Shown: positions 17,482-27,066 of the stretch, one piece after another
How the letters are laid out: the number at the start of each line of letters is the position of its first letter
Position numbering within the stretch: position 1 is the stretch's first letter
IMG/VR virus record: IMGVR_UViG_3300042861_001913
Reading direction: 5' to 3' (one strand)
Length of the DNA stretch: 64,000 nt
DNA from: a virus
Translations under genes and position numbers: made by a program
Notes under the pieces: generated by a model
Database searches by the model: none
What the model was told of the DNA's origin: nothing
What the model saw: only the letters and a program-made list of their open reading frames with translations

Positions 17482-19670
17482 GCTCCTGTTGAACAGCTAC
17501 TATCTAACGATTGTTCTTCATACTTATTCTCAATTTTAGCTAATATTTCGATTAACTCTGTTTCAGTTAACTTAACATTAAATAGATTGTGATATTCGTA
17601 TTCTGTAATTGGTTCATACGGCATTAATGGATATGATGCTTTACCATCGCTAATTGGATCAAATCTAGGTAGAAATGAAACACCTATAATGTCATTCCAA
17701 TTATCATTTATCCAATTTGCGGCAATATCATATTCATCTGGAGCTAATGTAATAGTAGCTGATATGTTATGACCTCTATCAGCATAATTAACTTGAGCTA
17801 ACTTATATCGTTCTAATTGATCTATGGCAGATTCATCAATAGCTCTAATTGTGGTATTAGTTTTAATTGGGAATGTAAAAACCCAAGTAGTACATTCACT
17901 GGCAAATAAACTATCACCTTGATTGTTTTCAGGAACTGGAGTTAATCCTAGATTTAATAATACTCTAGCTAGTGGATCTGTTTTACTAAATCTAACTCGA
18001 CGTAAGTAATAAGGTGAATATGCTCTATGAATACCCGATGAAACAGTAGGTAATTGACTAATAGTACCTTCAGGTTTCATTAACGTAACTCTAGTGCTTC
18101 TATTAATACCAAGATAATTATGATATTCATTTGCAGCATTAATAGCTATTAGTTTAACCCATTTAAAATAGTATTCTTGTTGTTCTGTATCCCATTCTAG
18201 TAGATCAAAAGCATCCATTAAACCAGTCATAGATACACCAAGTAATCTATCTCTCTTCTGAAGTTCATCCCATCTTGGATGCCACTGTGTAGCAGTAGTT
18301 TGACGTGAACCAATTCTAGTAATAAGTTCAATTGTTTTCTTACCTAATTCCCAATTATATTCCCATTTCTTAGTTTTCTTATTAAAATATACGTGAGCTT
18401 TAACGTTCTTAGTTGTGAGATTACATGACTGTCCATCGTCTAAACCCGCTTCGGCACAAGGATTTGTTCCAGCGATAGGTGATTCTGCTAATAAGTTCGC
18501 ATTACCTATAATCCAGAATCCAGGTTCTCCATTTGATTTAATTGATGTCATTACATCTTTAATTTTATCTAATCCAGGATTCTCGTAAAACAATATAGAG
18601 TTGTTTGACATTGATCTAATAGCTCTATACTGAACTTTATCTGGATCATCATATAGGTTCAACTTAGCTGTAATAAAATTATTATCATTAGCATCACCTA
18701 ATCCAATTTCAGCAGTTCTACGAACGCCACCTGACACTACGTTTAATCCAATTGAATTAGCTATATCAAGTACACCAACTGAATCTAATACACCATTACA
18801 ACGTTTAATAATCATTAATATGTTATTAAACATCTCCAATAGAGCTTTATGTCCACTAGCTCTACCACCAAATGTTTTAATTAACGTTCCTTCAGGACGA
18901 ATTAAATTGTAATTAAACGTAATCGTCTTAATATTAGAATAAGTTAATAAGTGTAAGAAACAACGTAGAGCATTACACCAATCTTCTTTACTATCACCAA
19001 TAGTTAACTTAGCGTTAGTGTAAGTAGATAAATCTTCATTAATAAAGTTATCATCATCATTAATAATAGATTTAGGACTTAAATAAATGTAATTAGGATT
19101 AATATCATCTTTAGTTAATACTAAATGACTTCCATCTTCATCATCTTTTAAATAAAAGTAATCATCATGTTTAATTGTAATATCAGGATTAAACTTAGGT
19201 AATTTACTAATGTATTTATTTTCAACACTAAATCCAGTTCCTGCTCCAATTAATAACCAATAGAAGATTTCACTAAATGCACTTAAATTATCAATTACTT
19301 TAAATGTACAATTCCAACTACTACTAGGATCTTTAGTTGTTTGAGGTGTTCCCGCAGTCCATAATGATCTACCACTTGGAAACCCTCGCATATTAAACAT
19401 CATCTCAAATAAAGATTCTGCTTCTTTTTTCTTACTATCATCAGATGAAATATTATCTAATGATAATGAGTATTCAATATTACGAAGAATTGTTTCACAC
19501 CATTTCTCACGTCTATTTAATTCTTTAATAAATCTACTGTAAGTGCGTAAGAAAACAGGTAATCCTAGTTCACCAAAGGGAGGTTCTAATAAAATGTATT
19601 TAGAATAAAAATCCCAAGTAATATATTGGGGCGCAATCAAATTGTAGTAGTCTTTGGTATTAATTGTCAT
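17466..19670 (-). CDS. nrdJ: class II (adenosylcobalamin-dependent) ribonucleotide reductase
   Basis: 734 aa with TNPCAEAG active-site loop and C-terminal CSTGACPIR redox tail. No separate beta-subunit gene seen. Confidence 0.8.
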   Translation of the reverse strand: MTINTKDYYNLIAPQYITWDFYSKYILLEPPFGELGLPVFLRTYSRFIKELNRREKWCETILRNIEYSLSLDNISSDDSKKKEAESLFEMMFNMRGFPSGRSLWTAGTPQTTKDPSSSWNCTFKVIDNLSAFSEIFYWLLIGAGTGFSVENKYISKLPKFNPDITIKHDDYFYLKDDEDGSHLVLTKDDINPNYIYLSPKSIINDDDNFINEDLSTYTNAKLTIGDSKEDWCNALRCFLHLLTYSNIKTITFNYNLIRPEGTLIKTFGGRASGHKALLEMFNNILMIIKRCNGVLDSVGVLDIANSIGLNVVSGGVRRTAEIGLGDANDNNFITAKLNLYDDPDKVQYRAIRSMSNNSILFYENPGLDKIKDVMTSIKSNGEPGFWIIGNANLLAESPIAGTNPCAEAGLDDGQSCNLTTKNVKAHVYFNKKTKKWEYNWELGKKTIELITRIGSRQTTATQWHPRWDELQKRDRLLGVSMTGLMDAFDLLEWDTEQQEYYFKWVKLIAINAANEYHNYLGINRSTRVTLMKPEGTISQLPTVSSGIHRAYSPYYLRRVRFSKTDPLARVLLNLGLTPVPENNQGDSLFASECTTWVFTFPIKTNTTIRAIDESAIDQLERYKLAQVNYADRGHNISATITLAPDEYDIAANWINDNWNDIIGVSFLPRFDPISDGKASYPLMPYEPITEYEYHNLFNVKLTETELIEILAKIENKYEEQSLDSSCSTGACPIR

Positions 19671-19676
19671 AGTTAT

Positions 19677-19901
19677 TTAATCTTCAGTTGTTTCAATTAC
19701 AATAGCTTCTTTCAATTTAATTAATTCAGCAATCAATTTATCTTGAGATTCACATTCAATAAACTCTTCTTTCCAATTTCTTATACGTTTAATTACGAAG
19801 AAATCTTTACTAATAGCAATGATACTTATCCATCCATTAGTAATTAGTAAGTTAACTTCTTCTAGTAATTCTAATGCTTTATCTAACATGATTAATTCCA
19901 T
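19677..19901 (-). CDS. hypothetical protein
   Basis: Co-oriented, tightly packed ORF. Confidence 0.5.
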   Translation of the reverse strand: MELIMLDKALELLEEVNLLITNGWISIIAISKDFFVIKRIRNWKEEFIECESQDKLIAELIKLKEAIVIETTED

Positions 19902-20674
19902 CCAAATATGTATTCAATAGCTAACTTAATTAATGGTATGTGTTTAGCAGTATACAATGAATTACCATTAAGTTTAAATAGTGGTTGTTGTTGTGATAGA
20001 TTAAGCCACGCTGATACGAGTTGTCCCGCTCTTATACGTTGACCTTTATCTAAGTTAATTGCATGATCAAGTAAGTAATCCTTCAATATAAATGATTCTG
20101 TAGTTTCCTCAATTAACTGAAACTCTTGTAATGCTTTATCTAAACCAGGATATAGATTTAATACTTCCTGTAGCGCATTATGTTGATTATTTAATTGAGT
20201 TATTTGTTCATCTTTAACTACATTACTTTCAATTAGATATTTAACTTGATCAGAATAATCAGTTTTAATTTGAGTTACTGATTTAGTTAATTCAGCTATT
20301 GCAGATAATAACACATCTTTAGTATCTGAAACATAATACCCTTGTTTTCTTACACTAGGAAGAATCACCTCAGCTACATAATTTGTAAATGCTTCAGCTT
20401 CAGGTTTATTACTACGGAATGCAATTTTATAAACACCAGGTTCATTTATTAACCAAGTGTTATTAGGTATTTGTACTAGGTCAGGAGTTTCCTGAGATGA
20501 TACATCATCATACTGAGCCTTCCATACGTCACTAATTTTATCTAATGATTGAGAACCTGTCCATGCAATATCTAATGCCTTGAACACATCAGCAGCTACA
20601 AACCAAGGATTGCTATCAATCTCAACTACTCTAACTCGATTATCTTGAAAATTAAACAACTGTAATTCTGACAT
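19892..20674 (-). CDS. Bro-N domain antirepressor-like protein
   Basis: LQLFNFQDNRVRVVEIDSNPWFVAADVFKALDI. Confidence 0.7.
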   Translation of the reverse strand: MSELQLFNFQDNRVRVVEIDSNPWFVAADVFKALDIAWTGSQSLDKISDVWKAQYDDVSSQETPDLVQIPNNTWLINEPGVYKIAFRSNKPEAEAFTNYVAEVILPSVRKQGYYVSDTKDVLLSAIAELTKSVTQIKTDYSDQVKYLIESNVVKDEQITQLNNQHNALQEVLNLYPGLDKALQEFQLIEETTESFILKDYLLDHAINLDKGQRIRAGQLVSAWLNLSQQQPLFKLNGNSLYTAKHIPLIKLAIEYIFGWN

Positions 20675-20748
20675 AAATAAAATCTCTGTAAGGTAAGAAA
20701 AAAAGGATTTAGTATTTAAATTATTATTGATTTCATGTATAAAACATA

Positions 20749-21030
20749 TTATTCACTTAACTTCTTATCTAATTTATTTAACTTACTATCAATAACTACT
20801 TCTAAATCATCATTAGTTATTTCAAGCATCATCATTAACTGATTAAGCATTATCATTACATCAGCTAATTCATTTTTAACTTCATAAATGTCAGATTTAC
20901 CATAACGTAAATGTTGTACTTCTAATGATAACTCAGTTAACTCTTCTACTACTTTAATTAACTGTACATCATTACCCCATTTATCTAATGCTTGTTTACA
21001 TAGAGATAATATTCTTTCTTTAACATCCAT
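20749..21030 (-). CDS. mazG: MazG-like nucleotide pyrophosphohydrolase
   Basis: EELTELSLEV...ELADVMIMLNQL. Confidence 0.6.
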   Translation of the reverse strand: MDVKERILSLCKQALDKWGNDVQLIKVVEELTELSLEVQHLRYGKSDIYEVKNELADVMIMLNQLMMMLEITNDDLEVVIDSKLNKLDKKLSE

Positions 21031-21088
21031 AATTAATGAACTCCAATTAAGGTAATAGAGTCAGGATTTAACTGACTCTTAAACTAAG

Positions 21089-21385
21089 TTATTTAAACAA
21101 CACTAACTTAACTAAACTAAACCAGTTCAAGTAGTATCTATACTTAAACTTAGTATCTGTAGCATTAAGTAACTTAACTAAGTTAAATCCAGTTAAATGA
21201 AACTCAATTAACTCACGTCTAGTTAACTCATTAATAAGTAGATAACTTAACTTGAAGTTAACTAACTTATGTAATAACTCACTATTATTAGTTAATGAAT
21301 ATCTAACATTCCAATCAACGTTATTACCATCACTATCATAGAATAGTGTTGTTGAATTAATGGCGGGATTAAGTGTAACTATCAT
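21089..21385 (-). CDS. hypothetical protein
   Basis: Co-oriented ORF; no motif recognised. Confidence 0.5.
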   Translation of the reverse strand: MIVTLNPAINSTTLFYDSDGNNVDWNVRYSLTNNSELLHKLVNFKLSYLLINELTRRELIEFHLTGFNLVKLLNATDTKFKYRYYLNWFSLVKLVLFK

Positions 21386-21711
21386 ACGCTTGTAATATCT
21401 CCAGTTTCTAAATCAATGTAATGAAATTCACCGTTATACCAATACCAAGTTGATTCAACACAATCACTTTCTAGAAAATCATTTACTTCATTACCAATAT
21501 ACACATTATCTACATATATTTCTAGATAACCATCAGGTGTTGTATATTGATTGTAAATTAAACGATCAATAGATGGGGCTATCTTGTTAAAGTGTTCAAC
21601 TATATGTTCTTTAGTTAAATTACCTAATGTATTAGTATCTTTAAATAAAGATAAAAATGATGTGATAACTGAACCAAAATCATTATCGTGAAATCTAATT
21701 CCTATTTTCAT
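21382..21711 (-). CDS. hypothetical protein
   Basis: ATGA overlap with the downstream ORF. Confidence 0.55.
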   Translation of the reverse strand: MKIGIRFHDNDFGSVITSFLSLFKDTNTLGNLTKEHIVEHFNKIAPSIDRLIYNQYTTPDGYLEIYVDNVYIGNEVNDFLESDCVESTWYWYNGEFHYIDLETGDITSV

Positions 21712-21745
21712 AATAATAGAGCTAGATAAACTAGCTCACTAAGTT

Positions 21746-22327
21746 CTACATTACTGATTTAATTGCAGCTACAATATAAGCTACATCATTATCAGCATAG
21801 CGATATCTTTTATCATAAACCTTATTACCTTTAATGGGTGATCTACCTTTGCTGACGCGATACACAGTTGCAGTACGTCTTGTAACTTGATTAACTTGTA
21901 ATTGAGTTAGCGCGAACCCATTATCACGAATATAGTCTTGTGCAGTTACTGGATCATGAGTTATGTTAGCATCAGTTATTTCAGTGATTCCAAGATGCTC
22001 ATAGCTTGCGCCATCATAACTAGTTAAAGGTAATTCACGTTTAACTCTAAATGATTCTACAATTAATGTATTAACTTCATTCTTATTCTGACGTTTAGTT
22101 AACCCAGTTAATAGTACAGCTTGTTGTTTATTGAATAAATAGTAGATGTTACCACCCTTACCTGTACTCTGTTTAGCTATAGTTACTTTACTTAATTCAC
22201 CATAGAACTCAAACTTAGTTAAGTTAACTCTAACTAACTTACGAACATGATCATGAGTAATATTAAGTGTGTTAGCTAGAACACGACTATCTACAGTTAG
22301 AATACCATTGTTATTAACTAGTTGCAT
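21746..22327 (-). CDS. Rha-family phage regulatory protein
   Basis: ILTVDSRVLANTLNITHDHVRKLVR (pRha-like N-terminus). Confidence 0.55.
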   Translation of the reverse strand: MQLVNNNGILTVDSRVLANTLNITHDHVRKLVRVNLTKFEFYGELSKVTIAKQSTGKGGNIYYLFNKQQAVLLTGLTKRQNKNEVNTLIVESFRVKRELPLTSYDGASYEHLGITEITDANITHDPVTAQDYIRDNGFALTQLQVNQVTRRTATVYRVSKGRSPIKGNKVYDKRYRYADNDVAYIVAAIKSVM

Positions 22328-22398
22328 AACTCTAAATTCCTTGATGTTAGTTGATGTGATGTTAAGTTAGTTTAGTAACATAACTTAGGTTAAGTTAA

Positions 22399-22494
22399 TT
22401 AATCTTGAACTAATCTAATTGCGGCAATAATACTAGATATAAAAGCCTGATCATGATTCCCCTCAACGCCAATTAAAACATATTTCCGACTCAC
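22399..22494 (-). pseudogene. 31-codon remnant of the partner gene of the ATPase (Toprim-like/DUF4276-like N-terminus)
   Basis: Its GTG overlaps the ATPase stop (GTGA). It encodes VSRKYVLIGVEGNHDQAFISSIIAAIRLVQD and stops where AT-rich phage DNA resumes. Confidence 0.45.
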
Positions 22495-23627
22495 CAACGC
22501 ACCTCCTGACCTAATTCTTCTCTTAAACGTCTTAATCTATGTCCATCATGTCTAACTACTTTTGTTTTTCCTTCCTTTGGTTCTAAGCGATAAAGCACTA
22601 AATCTGAATCTGATTCAGTTACTTCTAATAAAGCATCAACAGCTTCCAAACTATGGGTAGTTGCAAATAATTGAACATCCATTTCTGTACACCATTTAAC
22701 TAACCATTGAAAAGAGCTTTGTAAGGCTTCTGTGTGAATCGTTGATTCCAATTCATCAATTAAAAGAATACCACCTTTGACGCTGGCAAGTTTAAGAGCT
22801 ATATGTAATAAGCGACGAATACCATCACCAAAGGTGCTAACCGGTGCAAGTCCTAGTTTTTTATGTTGAATATAAATATTGAATCGAGAACTCATAGATT
22901 CTGGAGGTAACAAAATTTCTATATCAGAAATATTGTTATCCATCTGTTGTAATAATTTCACTACATCTGCCTTAAAATATTGATGTGTTGCTTCTGAAAG
23001 TAATCGAAATTGACCAACTTCTGAACGATGAGATGATGGTGTTACTACAGATGTCCTTAGACTTGGTTCTCTCTTTCCAGATAATCTATAAAAACGTTCA
23101 TCCTCCCATAGCGGAAAATTTGTAGGTTCACCAAGTAAACTTAATTGATAATCATCTAGAGATACCTCTATTTTTAGATTAATTCCCTTCCTAGCTCTCG
23201 GTGTATCTTCATTTTCAATTTCTTCTTCGTTGCTAATATTTCTGATATTGCTTTCCTCCGATAACGATATTTGCTCCATTTCTTCATAGCTTGCTATTAA
23301 CTTCTTTACAGAAAATAAACCAGTGCTAGAAATAAGAATAATAGGTTTATCAGGTTCTACAATAGATGCAGAATTATGTGTAAATAACCACTTTATAGCA
23401 TCCAGTAGACGAATACGATATACTCCAATATCCTGCTCTCGTTGATTTGCTGTACTCAGCCACACTTTAATATCTAATGGATGACAGTAGACAGATAATG
23501 CTTCTAGAACACTAGTTTTCCCTGAGTTGTTAAGACCCACAAGCAGGTTAATCCGTCCGAGATCCTTTAGTTCTAAGTCTCGAAGTCCTCTAAATTGATG
23601 AATTGTGACGGTTTCTAAATTTCTCAT
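22491..23627 (-). CDS. ABC/SMC-type AAA_15/AAA_21-like ATPase (defence-module NTPase type)
   Basis: Walker A GLNNSGKTS, signature-like GDGIRR, Walker B ILLIDELESTIH, and ATTHS. GC-richer than the flanks. Confidence 0.7.
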   Translation of the reverse strand: MRNLETVTIHQFRGLRDLELKDLGRINLLVGLNNSGKTSVLEALSVYCHPLDIKVWLSTANQREQDIGVYRIRLLDAIKWLFTHNSASIVEPDKPIILISSTGLFSVKKLIASYEEMEQISLSEESNIRNISNEEEIENEDTPRARKGINLKIEVSLDDYQLSLLGEPTNFPLWEDERFYRLSGKREPSLRTSVVTPSSHRSEVGQFRLLSEATHQYFKADVVKLLQQMDNNISDIEILLPPESMSSRFNIYIQHKKLGLAPVSTFGDGIRRLLHIALKLASVKGGILLIDELESTIHTEALQSSFQWLVKWCTEMDVQLFATTHSLEAVDALLEVTESDSDLVLYRLEPKEGKTKVVRHDGHRLRRLREELGQEVRW

Positions 23628-23674
23628 AGACTTATTTTAGCTCAAGCTGTATACCATAGATTATTTTTCTTACC

Positions 23675-25114
23675 TTATACGTTATCGTCATTAATTACTA
23701 CTTCATCTTCATCATCTATCAAGCTATCTAAATCTTCAGCAGCTTGTCCAGTAACTGTACTAAATACAGTTCCATCTGGTTCAACAATGTTAATAATCTT
23801 AATATCCATATCGTTAATTAATCCTATTTTAGTTATTTCACGTATTGTTCGATTGATGTAGTGATCATAATTAATGTTGTGGTCATCAGCATCATAATAA
23901 TCATTGAACAATGTTACTACATTACCACTAGCATATACAACTTCTTTCTCACCTTGATACTCGATTGTCTCATATACAGCAGGTATATTAACTCTATCGG
24001 ATACCTTAGTTGTGAAGTTCTTCATACGACCACTAGCGGGATTAATGCGTCGTTCTGTCTCATATACAGCAGGAATTATGATGCGTTCACTAACTAATCT
24101 CTTCTCCCTCTTAGTACCTATAGTGACCTTCTTGAGTATGATATCGCGTCCAGTAGGATTACTCACAAAGAATCTGAGTGTCTTCTGTAACTCAGTTCGT
24201 TCAGTTACTAATCCATCTTCAATTAGATAGGAGTAATTAGTAAACTGACTACCTACTTTCTGACTAATACAGAAGTCATATATGTCCTTGTGACCTCGAA
24301 TAAAGTCATTTGGATGTATTCCTTCTAAATAATATTTCTGCAAGGCTAGAGCTACAATTGGAGCATCAAAGCCCTTAAGAATACCGTTAATTGGAAGATA
24401 CTTACCATTACTGCTAGGTAAATCGTAAGAAAAAAGAGGTTCAAGTGTTGCTCCCTGTGGAACGAAACTACCCTTAATCTTAACTGTACCGTCAGTTTTA
24501 CGCGCTAAATAATTATTGACATCTCGGCGTACATATAAATCATACTCAGCATATTCAAAAGTAAACTTAGTTTCAGTTTCCCATTCCTCAATAATTGACT
24601 TAACTGAATCTACTTCTAACTTATGGATGTACAACAATATACCATCTGTATTAACAGATATGATATTGTGGTTAGCTAAATGTAACCGTTCTATTATCTG
24701 TAATAGAAATAGTTGATTGTTAACAGTTGTTTTGTAAGTACATAACAAATCACTTAAAAGGAAATTAGCGTATCCAAACAAACCAAAACACGAATTGAGC
24801 GATATCTTGAGTCCGTACTCTAATGCAGCATATATTACACTTTCTTTCTTACGTTTCTTATATGCCTTACGATCATTAAGTGCATCAAGTAATGTCTCAA
24901 TAAATAATTCTAAATCTAAGTGTTCTGGTGCAATACCGTAGTTAATAATAGCTGATGGGTAAAATGAGACGATATCCGCATCTAATAATACGTAGTCGTT
25001 TTCAGCTTTGAATATCCCTGGTTTATCAACACTATGTAAACCTCCAAGCCCAAGTTGGATTGTTAAATCACCTATTGTTACGGGTGGTAATTTAAGATCA
25101 AAGTTTTTACTCAT
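23675..25114 (-). CDS. family-B DNA polymerase, polymerase domain ORF
   Basis: DADIVSFYPSAI (motif A), KISLNSCFGLFGY (motif B) and SVNTDGI (motif C variant). Internal IPAVYET duplication. Confidence 0.75.
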   Translation of the reverse strand: MSKNFDLKLPPVTIGDLTIQLGLGGLHSVDKPGIFKAENDYVLLDADIVSFYPSAIINYGIAPEHLDLELFIETLLDALNDRKAYKKRKKESVIYAALEYGLKISLNSCFGLFGYANFLLSDLLCTYKTTVNNQLFLLQIIERLHLANHNIISVNTDGILLYIHKLEVDSVKSIIEEWETETKFTFEYAEYDLYVRRDVNNYLARKTDGTVKIKGSFVPQGATLEPLFSYDLPSSNGKYLPINGILKGFDAPIVALALQKYYLEGIHPNDFIRGHKDIYDFCISQKVGSQFTNYSYLIEDGLVTERTELQKTLRFFVSNPTGRDIILKKVTIGTKREKRLVSERIIIPAVYETERRINPASGRMKNFTTKVSDRVNIPAVYETIEYQGEKEVVYASGNVVTLFNDYYDADDHNINYDHYINRTIREITKIGLINDMDIKIINIVEPDGTVFSTVTGQAAEDLDSLIDDEDEVVINDDNV

Positions 25115-25905
25115 GTTAGCTTTATCTCTTTTAATTGAGTTAGATATTCCTGAAGTTGCGGTGTCTTAAATGTAATAGCTGGATTAATTACATCCTTGAA
25201 ATCAATAGTCTTTCTAACTGTCCTACCATACTTAATCTTCTTAACATCAATATTAGGATTCTTAGCTTTAACTTTATCAACATATAACTTACGGAATAAT
25301 TCCTTACCTATTCCAGAATCACTTAAACTATTTAGATTAAGCTTATAACTCTCACTTAATAACTCACGCATCTCTAGTCGAGGTTTAAGATACTCAAGTA
25401 CCTTATAAGTTATATCAAGATCATTCTTGTTGTAATCAATAAGTAAGTTAAGTTGATCTGGTCTAACTTCATCTAGATAATGTATGGGTAAATCTTGTAT
25501 TCTATGATGTTTAAGATTAACTCCACACATCTTGAGCGACGTGGTGTTAAATCCAGCACGTAGAACTTCTAATACATCGTAAGAAACAAAGGGGAGGTCA
25601 TACCTATATGGATTGCGGTCGCCATTAATTAGAGTTTGTGCAAATTCCCACAATTCTAACTTACTGATATTAGGATGACGTAAAAGATGCACTAATACAG
25701 CATCGTCAAAGTTCCATCCATTGAAGCTAATTAATATAGAATTAGTTGCAATGAAGTTAGCTAAATCGCGCCTATCATCAGTATCGTCATACCATAGATA
25801 AGTCTTATATTCACTAGTTGCAAGTGAATAAGTAGTTAAGCAAAATAGGTTCTTGTATATCTCAATATCATATACATAACCATTGTCATATAATTTCTCT
25901 AACAT
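25111..25905 (-). CDS. family-B DNA polymerase, 3'-5' exonuclease domain ORF
   Basis: YDIEIY (ExoI), NGWNFDDAVL (ExoII) and YNKNDLDITYKV (ExoIII). Its stop overlaps the polymerase ORF start (ATGA). Confidence 0.7.
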   Translation of the reverse strand: MLEKLYDNGYVYDIEIYKNLFCLTTYSLATSEYKTYLWYDDTDDRRDLANFIATNSILISFNGWNFDDAVLVHLLRHPNISKLELWEFAQTLINGDRNPYRYDLPFVSYDVLEVLRAGFNTTSLKMCGVNLKHHRIQDLPIHYLDEVRPDQLNLLIDYNKNDLDITYKVLEYLKPRLEMRELLSESYKLNLNSLSDSGIGKELFRKLYVDKVKAKNPNIDVKKIKYGRTVRKTIDFKDVINPAITFKTPQLQEYLTQLKEIKLT

Positions 25906-26008
25906 ACTAGTCCCATATTATAAAGTTCTTATCTTCGTGATCATAAACCTTACTAAACAACTTAAATTGCGGCGTATCATTAATTGCGCCATCTAATGAA
26001 GTTAAAAC

Positions 26009-26347
26009 TTATGAAGGTTCTACCAACCATATATTATCTACAACTATTGGTGTTTTTAAATGAATGGGAATGTCATCTTCGTCGTCCCATTCATAGTTAA
26101 TTAAAGTAATATTGATATTATCATTCTCAATTACTATGTCATAATATCCATCTAAATCATCATTAATTGAACACGTTAACTTACTATCAATAATGCTGCA
26201 ACAATTAAGTTTGATAAAACTATCATCATCTAACTGTAGTTTAAATAAATCACAGTGTAATTCAACTCTATTGATTGATGTAAGAAAAATAAGTAACTTA
26301 TCAACTACTTCTTTTAATTGTTTAATTATAGACATGGATATTTCCAA
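26009..26347 (-). CDS. hypothetical acidic protein
   Basis: Co-oriented ORF. The true start may be the ATG at 26335 (MSIIKQ...). Confidence 0.5.
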   Translation of the reverse strand: MEISMSIIKQLKEVVDKLLIFLTSINRVELHCDLFKLQLDDDSFIKLNCCSIIDSKLTCSINDDLDGYYDIVIENDNINITLINYEWDDEDDIPIHLKTPIVVDNIWLVEPS

Positions 26348-26484
26348 TTCATGTACTTAACGTAATCATCTTTAGTAACTTCAGTTGTTAATACTAAGTC
26401 ACCTTCTGCAAATTCATTAATGTTATCTCCAGTAATAACACTAATACTATAACTACCATCTTCGTAATCGTATCTAACGTACAT
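26326..26484 (-). CDS. small hypothetical protein (52 aa, below ORF-track cut-off)
   Basis: Hand-translated MYVRYDYEDGSYSISVITGDNINEFAEGDLVLTTEVTKDDYVKYMNWKYPCL, with AGGTGA RBS directly after the terminator. Confidence 0.45.
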   Translation of the reverse strand: MYVRYDYEDGSYSISVITGDNINEFAEGDLVLTTEVTKDDYVKYMNWKYPCL

Positions 26485-26499
26485 AAAGTTTCACCTATG

Positions 26500-26521
26500 A
26501 AAAAGCCCGCGATTAACGGGC
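26500..26521 (-). terminator. Rho-independent terminator
   Basis: Minus strand reads GCCCG-ttaatcg-CGGGC followed by TTTTT, just after the stop of 26548..27066. Confidence 0.7.
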
Positions 26522-26547
26522 TAACTAATTTATGTGATTGATGAGAA

Positions 26548-27066
26548 CTACATCTCTTTTTTCTTACGCAATATAGGTTTTTCAATTAATTGTGTTTCGT
26601 AAATTAAGCTACTATCAATAATCTCAAGTCGTTTACCATTAACAGTAGCATTAATATCATATAACTTTAATACTGCATTACCATCACTAACACGTCCATT
26701 GAGTTTAATAGTTTGATAATTTCTACCATACTGTAATCTAACAATTAGATAGTTATGATTGAGATTCTCAAATATTACCCTACCAATAATGTTAACTACA
26801 TCTAGTTCTACATTAGGTTGATCAATAACTCTACCAATTATAGTGAATGATAGATATGGAGTTTGTGTATCACTCTGATTATAGATAGCTACATTATTAG
26901 TATTAGGTACTAAAATTAGTTCATTGCTTTCAGCCAAGTCTAGTTCATCATTATCTACTAGATATTGTACTTTTTGACTCAGTGTACATGGATAAGTGCT
27001 GCCAAATGCAGTTAGTGTACCGTTACAATAAGTCGCTGTCGTGATTACTCGTGCTTTCTGTTTCAT
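26548..27066 (-). CDS. hypothetical protein
   Basis: Co-oriented ORF; no motif recognised. Confidence 0.55.
   Translation of the reverse strand: MKQKARVITTATYCNGTLTAFGSTYPCTLSQKVQYLVDNDELDLAESNELILVPNTNNVAIYNQSDTQTPYLSFTIIGRVIDQPNVELDVVNIIGRVIFENLNHNYLIVRLQYGRNYQTIKLNGRVSDGNAVLKLYDINATVNGKRLEIIDSSLIYETQLIEKPILRKKKEM

Noticed and set aside
23966-24080. A 17-nt direct repeat (GTCTCATATACAGCAGG) inside the polymerase ORF, considered as a possible mobile-element scar.
   Set aside because: It is in-frame and simply encodes the duplicated peptide IPAVYET. There are no flanking inverted repeats or ORF disruption.
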